From Asterias rubens (taxonomy: Eukaryota), in NCBI RefSeq assembly GCF_902459465.1, contig NC_047070.1:19282001-19346000 (forward strand): a stretch of 64,000 nt of DNA, read 5' to 3'. Under the pieces are notes generated by a model that had not been told where the DNA came from, ran no database searches, and saw only the letters and a list, made by a program, of their open reading frames with translations. Positions 50,701 through 62,681 of the stretch are shown one piece after another (the stretch's first letter is position 1; each line of letters starts with the position of its first letter). The translations under genes and the position numbers were made by a program.

Positions 50701-53700
50701 CTGAAATGGTCTCTGAGCCAGAAGTATTACCAACGACGGTAGAAGCAGTCAGCATGACGGACACAATTCCCGTTGACCCTGGTGTCTATGGCTATATCCA
50801 ATTGAAGAAACCAAACATTCTTTATGATATTGAACAAAACTACAACATAAAGTTCTCTGTTGAGGGAGATCGAGACAGCGATATTTACTTCATTCGAGTG
50901 GAGGCAAATGAAGCTGTCTCTGAGCAAAGCATTCAACAAGGCAAAGAGACTTTCTTGAACTTTTACACTGAGATTTTCTCAGGGCTCATTCATCGTGCCA
51001 TAAACCTGGCAGATTTTGAGGGTTTGTCTGAAAAGGTTTTGGAAGAGACTATCCAAGGGGCTGAGCACTCGTTCAGTGATGTTTATTTTGCAGTTGTGCA
51101 GTCTAAAGTTCTTATCTTCGGTCAGGGGTTGCATAATGTAGAAACTGCAAGAGATTTTGTCTTGAGTCGATTACGCCAAAGTGACAAATCTCTGGTAGAG
51201 GTAAGACCACACACGGATCTTGAGGTCTCAATGGAGAGTCTCAGTAATGATGAAATGATGAGTCGTCTTAATCATCTAAGATGTGGATCTATGACACCTG
51301 ATAGACAGACAGATGTACATGTAGCGAGTCAAAGACAAACTGTTGCTGAGGAGGTAAATGGAAGGACTAGAGTTGACATGATTGATCAAACTTCCAGGCA
51401 TTTTGCTGTGACTGAAGAATCTCCTCTCAAACGTTATTTGATATCGCCTCAAGATGAGAACAAACCCAATGACGAAACTGACCATCCCAAACAGTATGGA
51501 ATTAATAACAATATGACTGCCTGTTCCACTGGTCCTACTGACATTTTACTCCACAGCGATAGAAAGAAAGACCGTACAAAAACTGAAGAATGTGTTTATC
51601 AATTCTCTGATAGCCGATTGCTGATTCAGCTGCCAGTATCAGGGATGGGTGTTCAAGTCTACACTGCCGATATCACAAGGACGGCAGTGGATGCCATTGT
51701 TAGTGCAGCAAATGAAAAACTAACTAATATTGGTGGTGTTGCTGCTGCGATATGTCATGGAGCTGGTGCAGAGCTTCAAGCAGACTGCAACATGCTCATT
51801 GCCCGCCATGGCCTGCTGTACCCTTCAGAGGTGAAATACACTGGTGCTGGGAGACTGCCGTGCAAATTTATTCTCCATGCTGTGGGGCCAAGGTGGCACG
51901 ATTATGCAAACGAGCAAGATTGTCGTCAGACGCTGAGGTCAACCGTGGTGAATTGTCTGAGAATAGCAGATCAAGAGTTGCTAGTCAGATCTTTGGCGAT
52001 GCCTCTTATTAGTTCAGGTTCGTGGATTCTCTGTTATGTATAGTTATCAAACCATGTATGAAAACAATTCAAAATAAAAAAGCCAAACTGTTCTAACTAG
52101 TTTTGTATTCTCAAGTTTGAAATGCATTTATGATTTCCTAATCTAGAATAGATCTGAATGATGTATTTCTAGATGGATTTCTCATTATCAATGTATTTAA
52201 TTCAGTTCAGTTCAATTAATCTTTGTTAGATCCCAAAAAGGGTTATTCAAATACTCGCATACAGTAAAAATGTTGTCATATTAAAAACATTAAACACAGA
52301 CAAGGGCTATATACAATTACAAGAAAAACCACTAAAATGTGATAAGAAAATTACCTGTTGATTTGGTGATAATTAATATTATGGAAAGAATAACACATAC
52401 AACCTTTTTTTGTTAACAGGAATATTTGGGGTCCCGTTTGAAATCTGTCTTGAAGAAATCTGTGAGGCTCTACGTGAATATAACAACAATCGACAGTCAA
52501 TCAAAATCCTACAGCAAGTTCATATTGTGGACCTGGATGGTTCAACCATCTCAAAGGCTCAAGATGCTATGATTCATAGGCTGTGTACAAACGGAAGTGC
52601 AGATGAGAACAATCTAAGGACTGGTGAGAAGGCTACAAGACGAGGTTTCTCATCACAGATTGATCCTGTAACCTACAGTCATACCACAGTTGGAGATGAA
52701 CGTCTTAGTGTGGGTAGTGAAAGCTCAAGAAGGAGCAGAAGAGAACATGAGCCAAGAAGGACATCTACAAGATCTTCAAGGTCTTCAGTAAGACATCTTG
52801 ATTCATCCGATGAGGACGTTCCTCAGCCAAGTAGTAGCTTCAGCCGTCCAGTCATGGCCAGGAGTTCATCTCTTCCGTACTTGGCAAGAAATTATGATAA
52901 GGATCAAAGAAGAAATTGTTGGTCATCTGAAACAACAGATAAAACGACAACAGGTAACCGTCGCTCCTTCCTAGATACAGATCAGAGATCATGGAGTACC
53001 AGCCGAACAGCATCCAAAGTTTCATCTCGATCTAGTAGTAGAGATGATAAGATTAAGGATCTTTTAGAGGCTCATTCTAAAGCTCCTCCCTCACCAGAGA
53101 TGTCAAGAAAAACTCAATTTGAGATCAATCGTGTGTTGACTGAACCAATAGTGACTCCAAGAGATAAACAACGTCCTAAAGCCAGGCGCAGTCAAAGCCT
53201 TGGTCGGACTGTTTCTGGAGACAAATGTGTTGTCTGCTCATCACAAAAAGACCTTTCCAAGCGGAAATGTTGTGAACATTTTGTGTGTGGCTTATGCAAA
53301 TCATCTAGGTTGGATGTTGGAAGGTGTAGACAATGCTCTGAGCTTAAAAGTAAGAAGAAAAAAATGTGTGATTTCTGTACCTGCTCCACTGACTACAAGC
53401 TGATGAGTTGTAGGAGTTGTACGAACCCCATATGTTATAAATGTATTCAGAAAAAACTTGAGGTTTGCAGGGACTGTTTAGAACAAGCTAATCCATTACC
53501 AAATGGTCACGGAGAAAAGAAACAGCCCAGGTTGAGAGAGCCTATCATTGTTGGAACACAAACATCTCACCTTGACGCTAAGAAAAGTTATCGCATCAAG
53601 TCAGGAACTCAAGATTTAACCTCATCACGTAAGAAACCAATGCTTGGGCGTAGTCAATCTGGTGATGTTTCTCAGAGTTATTCATCAAGCGGCAGAAGAC

Positions 53701-56661
53701 ATGATTACAAGACGTCTGGGCGCACAAGCTCAGCATTCTCTCATGAGTTTGTTACTGAACATGCTGAAGATGCCCCTCATGATGAGATGATAAGAAACTT
53801 ACAAGAACCAAAAGGTCAGGAGGCAAGACCACATCATCGGAGTAAAAAAGGGAACATCAGAAATGAAGATTCAGCAAGGAGTGCACCAAACTCAAGGAGG
53901 CATGCTAAGGGAGACAAAGAGGTAAATGTCATTGGGAAGAGTTCTGTGTTGCAACCTAATCCGGTTACCTGCGTTATCTGCATGGAGACAGCTACGAATC
54001 CCAAAGAGCTCAACAAGTGCAGGCATATATTCTGTGGCGAGTGTATTGACAAGGCATTTAAGGTAATCTTCATTAATTTTGTTTACCCCAACAGCTTTTC
54101 TTTAATAGATGTTAGATTTGCATCGGGGTGACGAATATTTAAAAACATTTTTTTTTACCCATACACCGATGTGTGTTAGCACTATTTACTGAGTACTTTC
54201 GCGAGTCCCCAGTAAAAAAAAAATCACAGGCATGTTTTTACTCCGGTGGGATTTAAACCCACGACCCGTGCAATTCTAGAGCAGTGTCCTACCAAATAGA
54301 CTACTGTGGTTGAATCTTTGCTTACTGTCCTGCACAGCTAGGTAAAGTCTGCTGTAGAAACATAATGGGAACAGTTTACTGTAAGTTAGGATGGTGCTTA
54401 AAAGAACTTGTGTAAGAATTTGCGTTTATATTTTTGGAGAAGTTTGGGGCATAACAGGCTTGGAGTTACACAAAGGTCATGCTGGTCATAGTCTCTTTTG
54501 CCCTAGTCTTGGCCTTGGTGCCCCTTCAAAAGTTCCCCATTTTCCAATGGAAGTGCCTTTTTCAAAATGAATATGGCCTTGCCCGCTCAGAGATGAAACT
54601 CCAGACCGGTGCATACTAATGAAAAATTATATTCTTCATAACCTGAGGCAAACTGTTTAATCCCACTATATGCAGATCAAGCCTGTATGTCCGATCTGTG
54701 GTGAGAGTTACGGCAAACTGAGGAGTGGGCAGCCCATTGGTACCATGACGGATGCTGCTGTTTCAACAGATCTACCAGGCCATCCTGGTTGTGGAACTAT
54801 CATCATCAACTACTCGTTTCCAAATGGCTTTCAAACTGTAAGTACCTCAAAATATACCACTGAAAACCGGATTTGAGAATATTTATTTTTTTTTTTTTAC
54901 CCATATACACTGATGTATACTCAGTTCTTTCCTGAGTCCTGTGGAAAAAAACACAGGCATTTTACTCGGGTGGGTTTCGAACCCACGACCTTGCAATTCT
55001 AGAGCAGTGTCATACCAACTATTTGAGAAGTGTACTCTGTTTATCAATGGCTCATGAGTCAACTTATTGAAATGTGGTACTGAACTTTTTCACTAATAAC
55101 TCGCACACTTATGAGCTATTTAAACATGTATCTAAAAACTCCAACAATTTTATCAAGCTAAAACTTTTTAGTCAAAATGACCAGGAGAGTGAGGTTACCA
55201 GTGGCAGTATTCCATGAAAAAAAAAAAACCATAACAAAAAAACAAACAAATAATAATAGTTTCAAAGTCTTATATAGCGCACGTATCTACCAAAGAAGGT
55301 ACTCAAGGCGCTGAGTATATACAAACTTTCAAAAAGATTGCAGTGTTGAATTCTGAGACCCAATTATTTAGCACCTTATACATGTTATAAGGGTTTACAA
55401 GGTGCTACGGCGCATACAGCAGCCACAGCCAGGAACACCGGGTCAAACCCCTTCTCTTTTCGATAAGTGCACTGGGTTCTTTTACATGCGTTTACACAAC
55501 ACATGGGACCAACGGCTTTACGTTCCATCTGAAAGACGAAGCAATGGTTATGTCTTGCTTAAGGACACTAGTGTCACGGCTGGGGATTCGAACCCACACT
55601 CTGCCGATTAGCAACACCAGAAACAACAGAGTTTGAATTCGATGCTCTTAAACCGCTCGGCCACAACACTTCCAATAAAAACCCATATCAAAAGAAATCT
55701 AACGGATTAAATATTCTACTTGATTACAAACAGGAAGACCATCCTAATCCAGGGATGGCTTATAGAGGCACAGATCGCCAAGCTTACTTACCTAATAGCA
55801 GGGAAGGGGCAGACGTCTTAAAGCTGCTAAGACAAGCTTTTGATGCTGGTCTTCTCTTCACCATCGACCGCTCGGTTACCACAGGGGAGGAAAATGTTGT
55901 CGTTTGGAATGATGTACACCACAAGACGAGGCGAGACGGAGGAGCAGAGATGTAGGTTGAAAGTTTATGAGTAGCATCCAGTTTCATAAATCTGCTAAGC
56001 ATAAATATATAGAGATGTGTATTGAAAGTTCATGAGTAGAGTCAAGTTTCATAAATCTGCTAAGCATAAATATATAGAGATGTGTATTGAAAGTTCATGA
56101 GTAGAGTCAAGTTTCATAAATCTGCTAAGCATAAATATATAGAGATGTGTATTGAAAGTTCATGAGTAGAGTCAAGTTTCATAAATCTGCTAAGCATAAA
56201 TATATAGAGATGTGTATTGAAAGTTCATGAGTAGAGTCAAGTTTCATAAATCTACTAAGCATAAATTTACTGTTTATTTGTCCCAGGAAAGCAGAATTAA
56301 GATATTATAAATCATTATAAAGATTGTTTATAAAGCATCCATGACTTGATTCCAAGGCCCACTGTACATACTTAAATGGCACCAAACAAAAGGATGAAAT
56401 AATCCAACAGCATTAAGAGATGACATAAAATATTAAACCCCAATCCGGCCTAGCCAAGAATTAAAACTACAGGTAAAGTTTGTAAAAAGGACCCCTCAGT
56501 TAAAGCAGTTTGTTTTTAAAAGGAGATCAGTCATAAAACTTGTTTCCAAATAAAATAAAAAATATATATATATATTTTGTTTTCTAATCAGGCATGGCTA
56601 CCCAGATCCGACCTATCTACTGAGAGTGAGAGATGAACTTGAAGCAAAAGGCATCCGTTGA
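44765..56661 (+). CDS. DTX3L/PARP14-like multidomain protein, ~2,615 aa: RRM, KH-like modules, coding tandem repeats, macrodomain, Cys-rich fingers, RING-HC, Deltex C-terminal (DTC) domain
   Basis: Exons 44765-44855, 45312-45416, 45950-46023, 46533-52017, 52420-54062, 54676-54837, 55734-55951, 56592-56661 (7848 nt, phases consistent). RRM-like IFISNLP...GLALVTF. Macrodomain ADITRTAVDAIVSAANEKL..GGVAAAI...ILHAVGPRW...MPLISS|GIFGVP, with the motif completed across an intron. RING CVICME...CRHIFCGEC...VCPIC. DTC QPIGTM...HPNPG...AYLP...VVWNDVHHKT...HGYPDPTYL. The start codon and first three small exons are less certain. Confidence 0.88.
47610..48212 (+). repeat. Coding 27-bp minisatellite, ~22 copies of SQRRDEGMP
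   Basis: TCACAAAGACGAGATGAAGGGATGCCG unit, read directly in the 5.5-kb exon. Confidence 0.97.
48817..49235 (+). repeat. Coding 72-bp repeat (24 aa), 3 near-identical and 3 degenerate copies
   Basis: RRVEYDQSVLQERATRPHHKTGVD units. Confidence 0.9.
49292..51394 (+). repeat. Coding tandem duplication, period 1,059 bp (353 aa)
   Basis: 49292-50335 is repeated at 50351-51394 (ESMMRPLGLEDS...MIDQTS). Confidence 0.97.
54145..54305 (-). mobile_element. Second tRNA-derived SINE family (2 copies)
   Basis: TTTTTACCCATA(C/T)AC...CTCCGGTGGGATTT(A/CG)AACCCACGACC...GCAATTCTAGAGCAGTGTC; second copy at ~54890-55020. Confidence 0.6.
55945..56265 (+). repeat. 65-bp tandem repeat (~5 copies) starting at an exon end and donor
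   Basis: GTTTCATAAATCTGCTAAGCATAAAT at 55981, 56046, 56111, 56176 and 56241. Confidence 0.95.
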
Positions 56662-58805
56662 AAAAGGAACGCCTTCTTACCACTGCATTTAATTTCCAGA
56701 GATACAGACCCTGTTTCAAACATTTTGGCAGCAATTAAATAATCAATGTGGACGTGAGCTTATCTGTAAGAAGTGCTCCTATGTTTTGTGTGTTGCTCAA
56801 CTTTTTGTTTGTTAATAACAAAACAAACAATTATTGTGACTTGTTTAGAATACAAATACCTGTACATAAATTTGTTATTCATATAAGGATTTCTGAAATC
56901 CTCTTGATTTAAATAATAGAGTGTAATAATAATGCTTCAAAATTATGTAGATTTATAAAATATTCTGCGGTGAGAATCTTAAAACAAGGTAGTAGGCCTA
57001 TGTTAAATTTTCTGTTTTTGTTTTGTTTCCGCATGGCTTTCAGTCCGATGGTTATCTGCTTGTATGTTGATCACCAAACTTTGAACTTGAGTGCCCTTAT
57101 TCGTCTAGTCTTTGGATGTTCACTTATTGTTAGTCAATAGTGGCAAATTTGTACACACTTGTATTCTGATAAACACACTTGTGTTTTATAACAATTTTAT
57201 GTACATATTTATTTACTTTGAGAATAAACAGACAAGAACTGAAATAGGATGTTCACTATACTTTATTTGTACTTAAACATGTTAAATGTTAATAATTTCC
57301 CAGTGCCTTATATTATAATACAAATCACAATGTACTGTGTAGCTGTTAAACTTTAAAAATATCATTCTTCACTAAGCACAGCATTTTCCTTATCAAATTG
57401 CTTCTTTTAGTACAGTGTTTCCTTATAGCCAAATAAACCCACAAAATAAAATTCAATACATTTTTGCAAGTTAATTAATTTTTTTATTTTATTTTCATAA
57501 ATATTAGATACATGTGATTGGGAAACATTGCAAGCCAAATAAGACACAAATTGTTCACAATCATTTCTCATCAGAGTCCCTGTAAATATAACAAAAATGT
57601 AGATCCAGGCATAAACAGTGTACAGTACACTAGTTAAATTGTACAATAGTCGATCTTCAAACCGTTGTTTTTTAACAGTTTTATATTGACGGTAAAAAAA
57701 ACGAATTTTCTTGTGTATAAATATAAACACCAAACTGACTACTTATAGTTGATTTATACTGTGTTAAAGGCAGATACCCATGACTAATTAAAGTTGTCTT
57801 ATGAGGTGCAAATGCTCATATAGAGTGAAATACTCAAACTTCTCCACATGACAAAGACAATGGCTGTCAGTGTCCCTTGTATCGCTCAAATAGACAAGTT
57901 TCCCAATAAATTATCAAACAGCCAAACCTTTCAAGAACAAGCACAGTATAAAGTGTACATGTTATCAATAAGAGCTGCAGATTTACAAACTTTGATACTT
58001 GTCTGGCCCTGATTAACCATCGCAACAGACCTTTAGTTTTGAGAGTGGCACATTTTTTCTCATTTAAAACTTGCACCTCTAATTTCATCAGTAATAATTG
58101 AAGACTTGTTGTACACAAGCATGTTGCAATAATCAATATGGACAAGAAACAGCATGTTATACCTGTGTACATTCTTTACCTTGGGCAAAGTGATTTCATT
58201 TTAATTTGGTACGATACAATGTAATTTTTTTTGTATGAATGTTAACGCTTTCAGCTATGCACCTCATTTGACATGGGGTCTATATTGTACAGACCCTGCT
58301 ATCTGGATGGATACCTCACCACTTTATATAATCGCCCTTTATTGTGAGTTATTGATTAAATATGTAGAAATAAAATATTGATTGATTGATTTCCAATGTG
58401 GCTCATATTAAACAGAACAACCAATTCATTCTTTGTGCGTGCAAGTTTTTGGGAACTTATAAATGCAGAACTTAACATCAACAAAAGCAACAGCTAATAA
58501 TAAATAACATGACCATAGCCCAGAATACAATTGGATAACAATCAGCTCAGGAGGAACTCAGTTTATAGAATGGCAAGCTACATGAATGTTAAATAGCTGC
58601 AACATGACGTCAAATTCTACAAAGGGTAGATTTTGTAAATTTGTCCGTATGTAAAGTGCCATATTTGGGAGATTTTGGGAAAAAATTTGCAGATCAAAGG
58701 AAATTTACAATACTATTTCTGTGATAAATATAGCTATCACAACCTCAGATTTAATTTGTAAGACTTAGTCACAAATTTCTTCTTGAACGCAAATTTATTT
58801 TCCAT

Positions 58806-61739
58806 TTAATCCTGGTGGAGTATATCATTTACTTCCTCATTATCTCCTTCCTCTTGCTCTGATTTGATATTCTGCATGATCTCCTTATGGCATAATGGGC
58901 ATGTATCTTGAACATATAACCATTTACGAAGGCATAGTGCATGAAACAGGTGTTCACATGGTGTGATTCTAGCGCTGATGAGATCTTGATAGCAAATAGC
59001 ACATACATCATTATGGTCCCTCAACTGATGCTCTGTAGCAATAGGGAGATTGTCTATCTTTTTCACTGCCATGCGACGATTCTTAAATTTCTTCCAGCCG
59101 TTCTTCCCGAGCTGAAATATGTTGAAATAGGCGTGGATTACAATCATGATGGCACGGATTACTCCGCCCGATTCAAAGATTAAGATCCACACCCCATTGC
59201 CGAAGAGGAAAATACCAAACAAGAATTCGATGGTGCTACCAGTGGCTTTAATATAATACACATAATCATCTAAACTTTCCCAGAACTTGTCGCTATAGGT
59301 ATCGATAAGAAACAAAGTGTAAATGATTAGAGTGACAGTTACTTTGATGACGAGTTCCATGCAGAAAGCAGTTACTGCTAGTAACCAAGTCCCCATGGTG
59401 AGGGAGGTCCATAGATAGCTAATCACACTGATTGGAATAAGGATGAGGATGGCAGACATGCTAAGAGCTCTAAGATGTTTCCAAATGGATGCGGTGTGAG
59501 ATGTACTAAGAGTCATCATAACTTGACTTAACATATTATGAATGAAATGTAACATGGCGGTACTGAGCAGGATGAAATTGCGGAAAAGACGGACTAAACG
59601 TTTTGTTGGCTCCAACCGAGGTAGACCAGTCTGAAGTGACAAAATGAAAAACAGTATTGCCGTGACGGTACCAATGTGTGCTACCTCGTCAGACTCGCCA
59701 CCCATAAACTTATCTGCCCATTTACCAAGGTGGTATGAGAGGTACGATACAACTGCTGTGAGGCCTAAAACTGCAAGGGTTGAATCGCAGCCATGGGTCG
59801 TTACTTCAAGAAAGGTATTCCATGCCAAAGTAGTTTCAGAATCTTCTGTCAGTTGACTTTCATTTGTTAACACATTGCTACTCATTATCACAGGCAGTAC
59901 TTCATTAGATCTTAAGGCTGGGACAATTTGTATGATGTGCACAGTGAAGCGTAGTAACCAAAATGTTCTGAGTACATTTGGAACTTGGAACTGTATCCAA
60001 GCATTCTCCAGAACTGTATTGAATCCAAAGTTCTGTAGCATAAACCGATAGGTTCGGTACCACATTGGTACGTTCCAGATGCTCCATATAATGTTAGACA
60101 CAAATATTGTAGCCACCTCCAATGCTGGGACTAAAACTGAGATGGCATTCACGGCAATGAGTGTGTTAAAGGATGGGTTGTCACTGCTGAAGTATGTCAT
60201 TCCAAGTCGTATGAACACCGGGGAAACAAAGTAGGCACATACCACGAGCCAAATATTCAGCGTAAATCTTTCTGGTAGAAGCGTTATACATGCTACATAG
60301 GTAAAAGCATAGGCCATCTGTACTACTGCATACAAGGCAAAGTCACCGCTGAGTACAATTTGGACGGGTGAAACTTTTGAAGATTCTTCACAGATGGATT
60401 CTTCTTGAAGGAGGAGATCCCACTTTGAAGGACACTTGTCTCGATTGACTTTCTCCATCATGACATTATTCCACCACAATGTGCTGCCTAACGTCCCGAT
60501 GCAAACCAGAATGGTGTAGATTTTAAGAAGCGTTCTTGTCGAGAGACAGAACATAGCGGCTGCAATGGAGACAACTGGATGACAAAGGAAAACAAAGAGA
60601 TCAATAAGATTTGGTATTTTACACAGATAGTTAAAAAGGCTATACCCTAAATATGTAGTTCAAACCCACTCCAAACCATGTGTATACATGAGACCCGCTT
60701 CGTCCATCACAATCCTTCATCAAAAGAATTGAACCATCATACAAGTTCGCTGTTTTTGAAGAGGTTCAATTGATTTTAAAGTCTGACTCCTCGAGTGGTT
60801 AAGAGCATCGAATTCAAGTTCTGGTGCTAGGTCACCGGAGTGTGGGTTCGAATCCCGGTCATGACACTTGTGTCCTTGAGCAAGATACTTTGGGAAGTGT
60901 CGTGGCCGAGCGGTTAAGAGCACCGAATTCAAACTCTGGTGTTTCTGATCAGCAGAGTGTGGGTTGGAATCCTCAGCCGCGACACTTGTGTCTTAAGCAA
61001 GACACTTTACCATTGCTTCGTCCTTTGGATGGGACGTAAAGCCGTTGGTCCCATGTGTTGTGTAACGCATGTAAAAGAACCCAGTGCAGTAATCGAAAAG
61101 AGATGGGGTTCGAGTACCTTGTTTGGTAGATACGTGCGCTATATAAGACTTTGATAGTTTATTATATTATTAATACTCCTTTATTATCTAAGGATTTCAT
61201 CAGTTAAACAGCACCATGGTATATTTATCCCAAACATTCTGCCATTGGGTTCAACGGAAAGAATTGACCAATCAATTGTGAAAAAGTGTATTGTGTTTGA
61301 AAATGTGAGAATTGCACATACATGTATATGGTATTGATTTGAGCACTGACGACCAGTGATTCCATTGAACGTAAAAAAAAACACGATTACTCCTAAAACT
61401 ACATGTATGAGGTTAAATCTGCTACTGTCGTTCGTGGAGACGATAGCGGAATGAACCTCATATAGTTCTAGGAGTAGGGTAAGGTGGCAACACTGGCAAT
61501 ATTTAGAATAAAAGAATTTCCTCAGCCACAGAAATCTATCGTTATAAGTCAATATCTCAAGAAGAAAAAAAACAAGGTTTAAATTTATTCTTACCCATCA
61601 CTGCGAGAAATCCTGACCATACTGGATACTCTATCATAAACTGACCTGTGTCTACTCGTAAGTTTACAACAGCGTCAATGATGAACAAGGACGGCACTCT
61701 AAGCACAACACTCAAAACCGCTTGTACTTTCTTGCTCAT
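58806..61739 (-). CDS. RNF139: E3 ubiquitin ligase RNF139/TRC8 (sterol-sensing-like membrane domain + RING-H2), ~637 aa, 2 coding exons
   Basis: Exons 61595-61739 (MSKKVQAVLSVVLRVPSLFIIDA; donor G|GTAAGA) and 58806-60574 (acceptor ATCCAG|TT). Multi-pass hydrophobic region with TRC8 motifs QVPNVLRTFWLLR, GCDSTLAVLG, ILSLQTGL, FWESLDDYVYY. RING-H2 CAICYQDL...CEHLFHALCLRKWLYVQDTCPLC. In-frame ATGs at 61748 and 61751 are alternative starts. A probable 5' UTR exon has a donor near 63120. Confidence 0.92.
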
Positions 61740-61988
61740 GGTGAACATCATTATGTCGTATGGATATTGCTGGACAGAGCACCAAAGCTGAAGCATTATT
61801 TGAGTTAATGGAAAGATGTCATCATCTGCACTTTGTGGTCATTTAACTGTGGGTCATGTGCATGAATGGCAGACGAAACTGGCTGGACGGAAATTCACTC
61901 GGATAACATCATTCTCTTTGAAATCCTGTGTCTGTGATAGAAAAGAAAAACAGAATATAAGTTTCTCCTTCCAGAATTCGTGTCATGA

Positions 61989-62681
61989 GGCCTAAAAAAA
62001 AAATGTTGGATTGCCCTTTCACCCGATTTTTTGCTTGGGTCGGTCGGTCGGGATTTTTTTTTTTTTTTTAGATGTCAAAGAACGCCCAAAACTGCACAAA
62101 CATTTCATGAAAGATCAAGTTGTCATACATCTTGCTTCAATCGCTCTTTTTGCATCTTTATTTTGGCAAATTCCTTCAAAAACAATTTCCAAGAGTCATT
62201 TCATTCACCGTGTTTTTCGTCCATTCAATAAACGAGCGATACCATATATGGGCATTACTGGCAACAGCGCCCTCTGTTGTTCAATGGAGTGTTCAACTGG
62301 TTCCTTGTGAAAGCATGACGTCGGATAAACAGGCATGTGGTGTGATATGTGACACAGGCTCACCCTATCCGTGCGTGTGAGGGAAATCGACCTTCTTGTA
62401 CATTTTGTACGTTGCGCTTTTGTGAACGTTGAAACCACGACTGTTGCACTGGATAATTATTACTGTCGACCGTAAGTAGTCGGCCAAAAACTAATATTTG
62501 TGTAAAATCTACCATTTTGAAAACATAAAATATTCATGAAATCAAAATTCGGAAGTAAAAAAAGGGGGGGGGAAAAAACGAAAATAAAAATATTTAAAAA
62601 ACCGCGACCGAGATTTTGCTACTTTTACGGTTGGTGGGGAGGATGGGGATAGGGTAATCCAACATTTTTTTTTTTTAGGCC
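61989..62681. mobile_element. 693-bp non-autonomous TIR element with a 3-bp TGA TSD (PIF/Harbinger-like)
   Basis: GGCCTAAAAAAAAAATGTTGGATT(G)CCCT / AGGG(T)AATCCAACATTTTTTTTTTTTAGGCC; TGA at 61986-61988 and 62682-62684. Confidence 0.7.

Noticed and set aside
52420-56661. Calling the large gene a PARP14/PARP9 orthologue
   Set aside because: No WWE or ADP-ribosyltransferase domain; the gene ends in a DTC domain with a stop at 56661.
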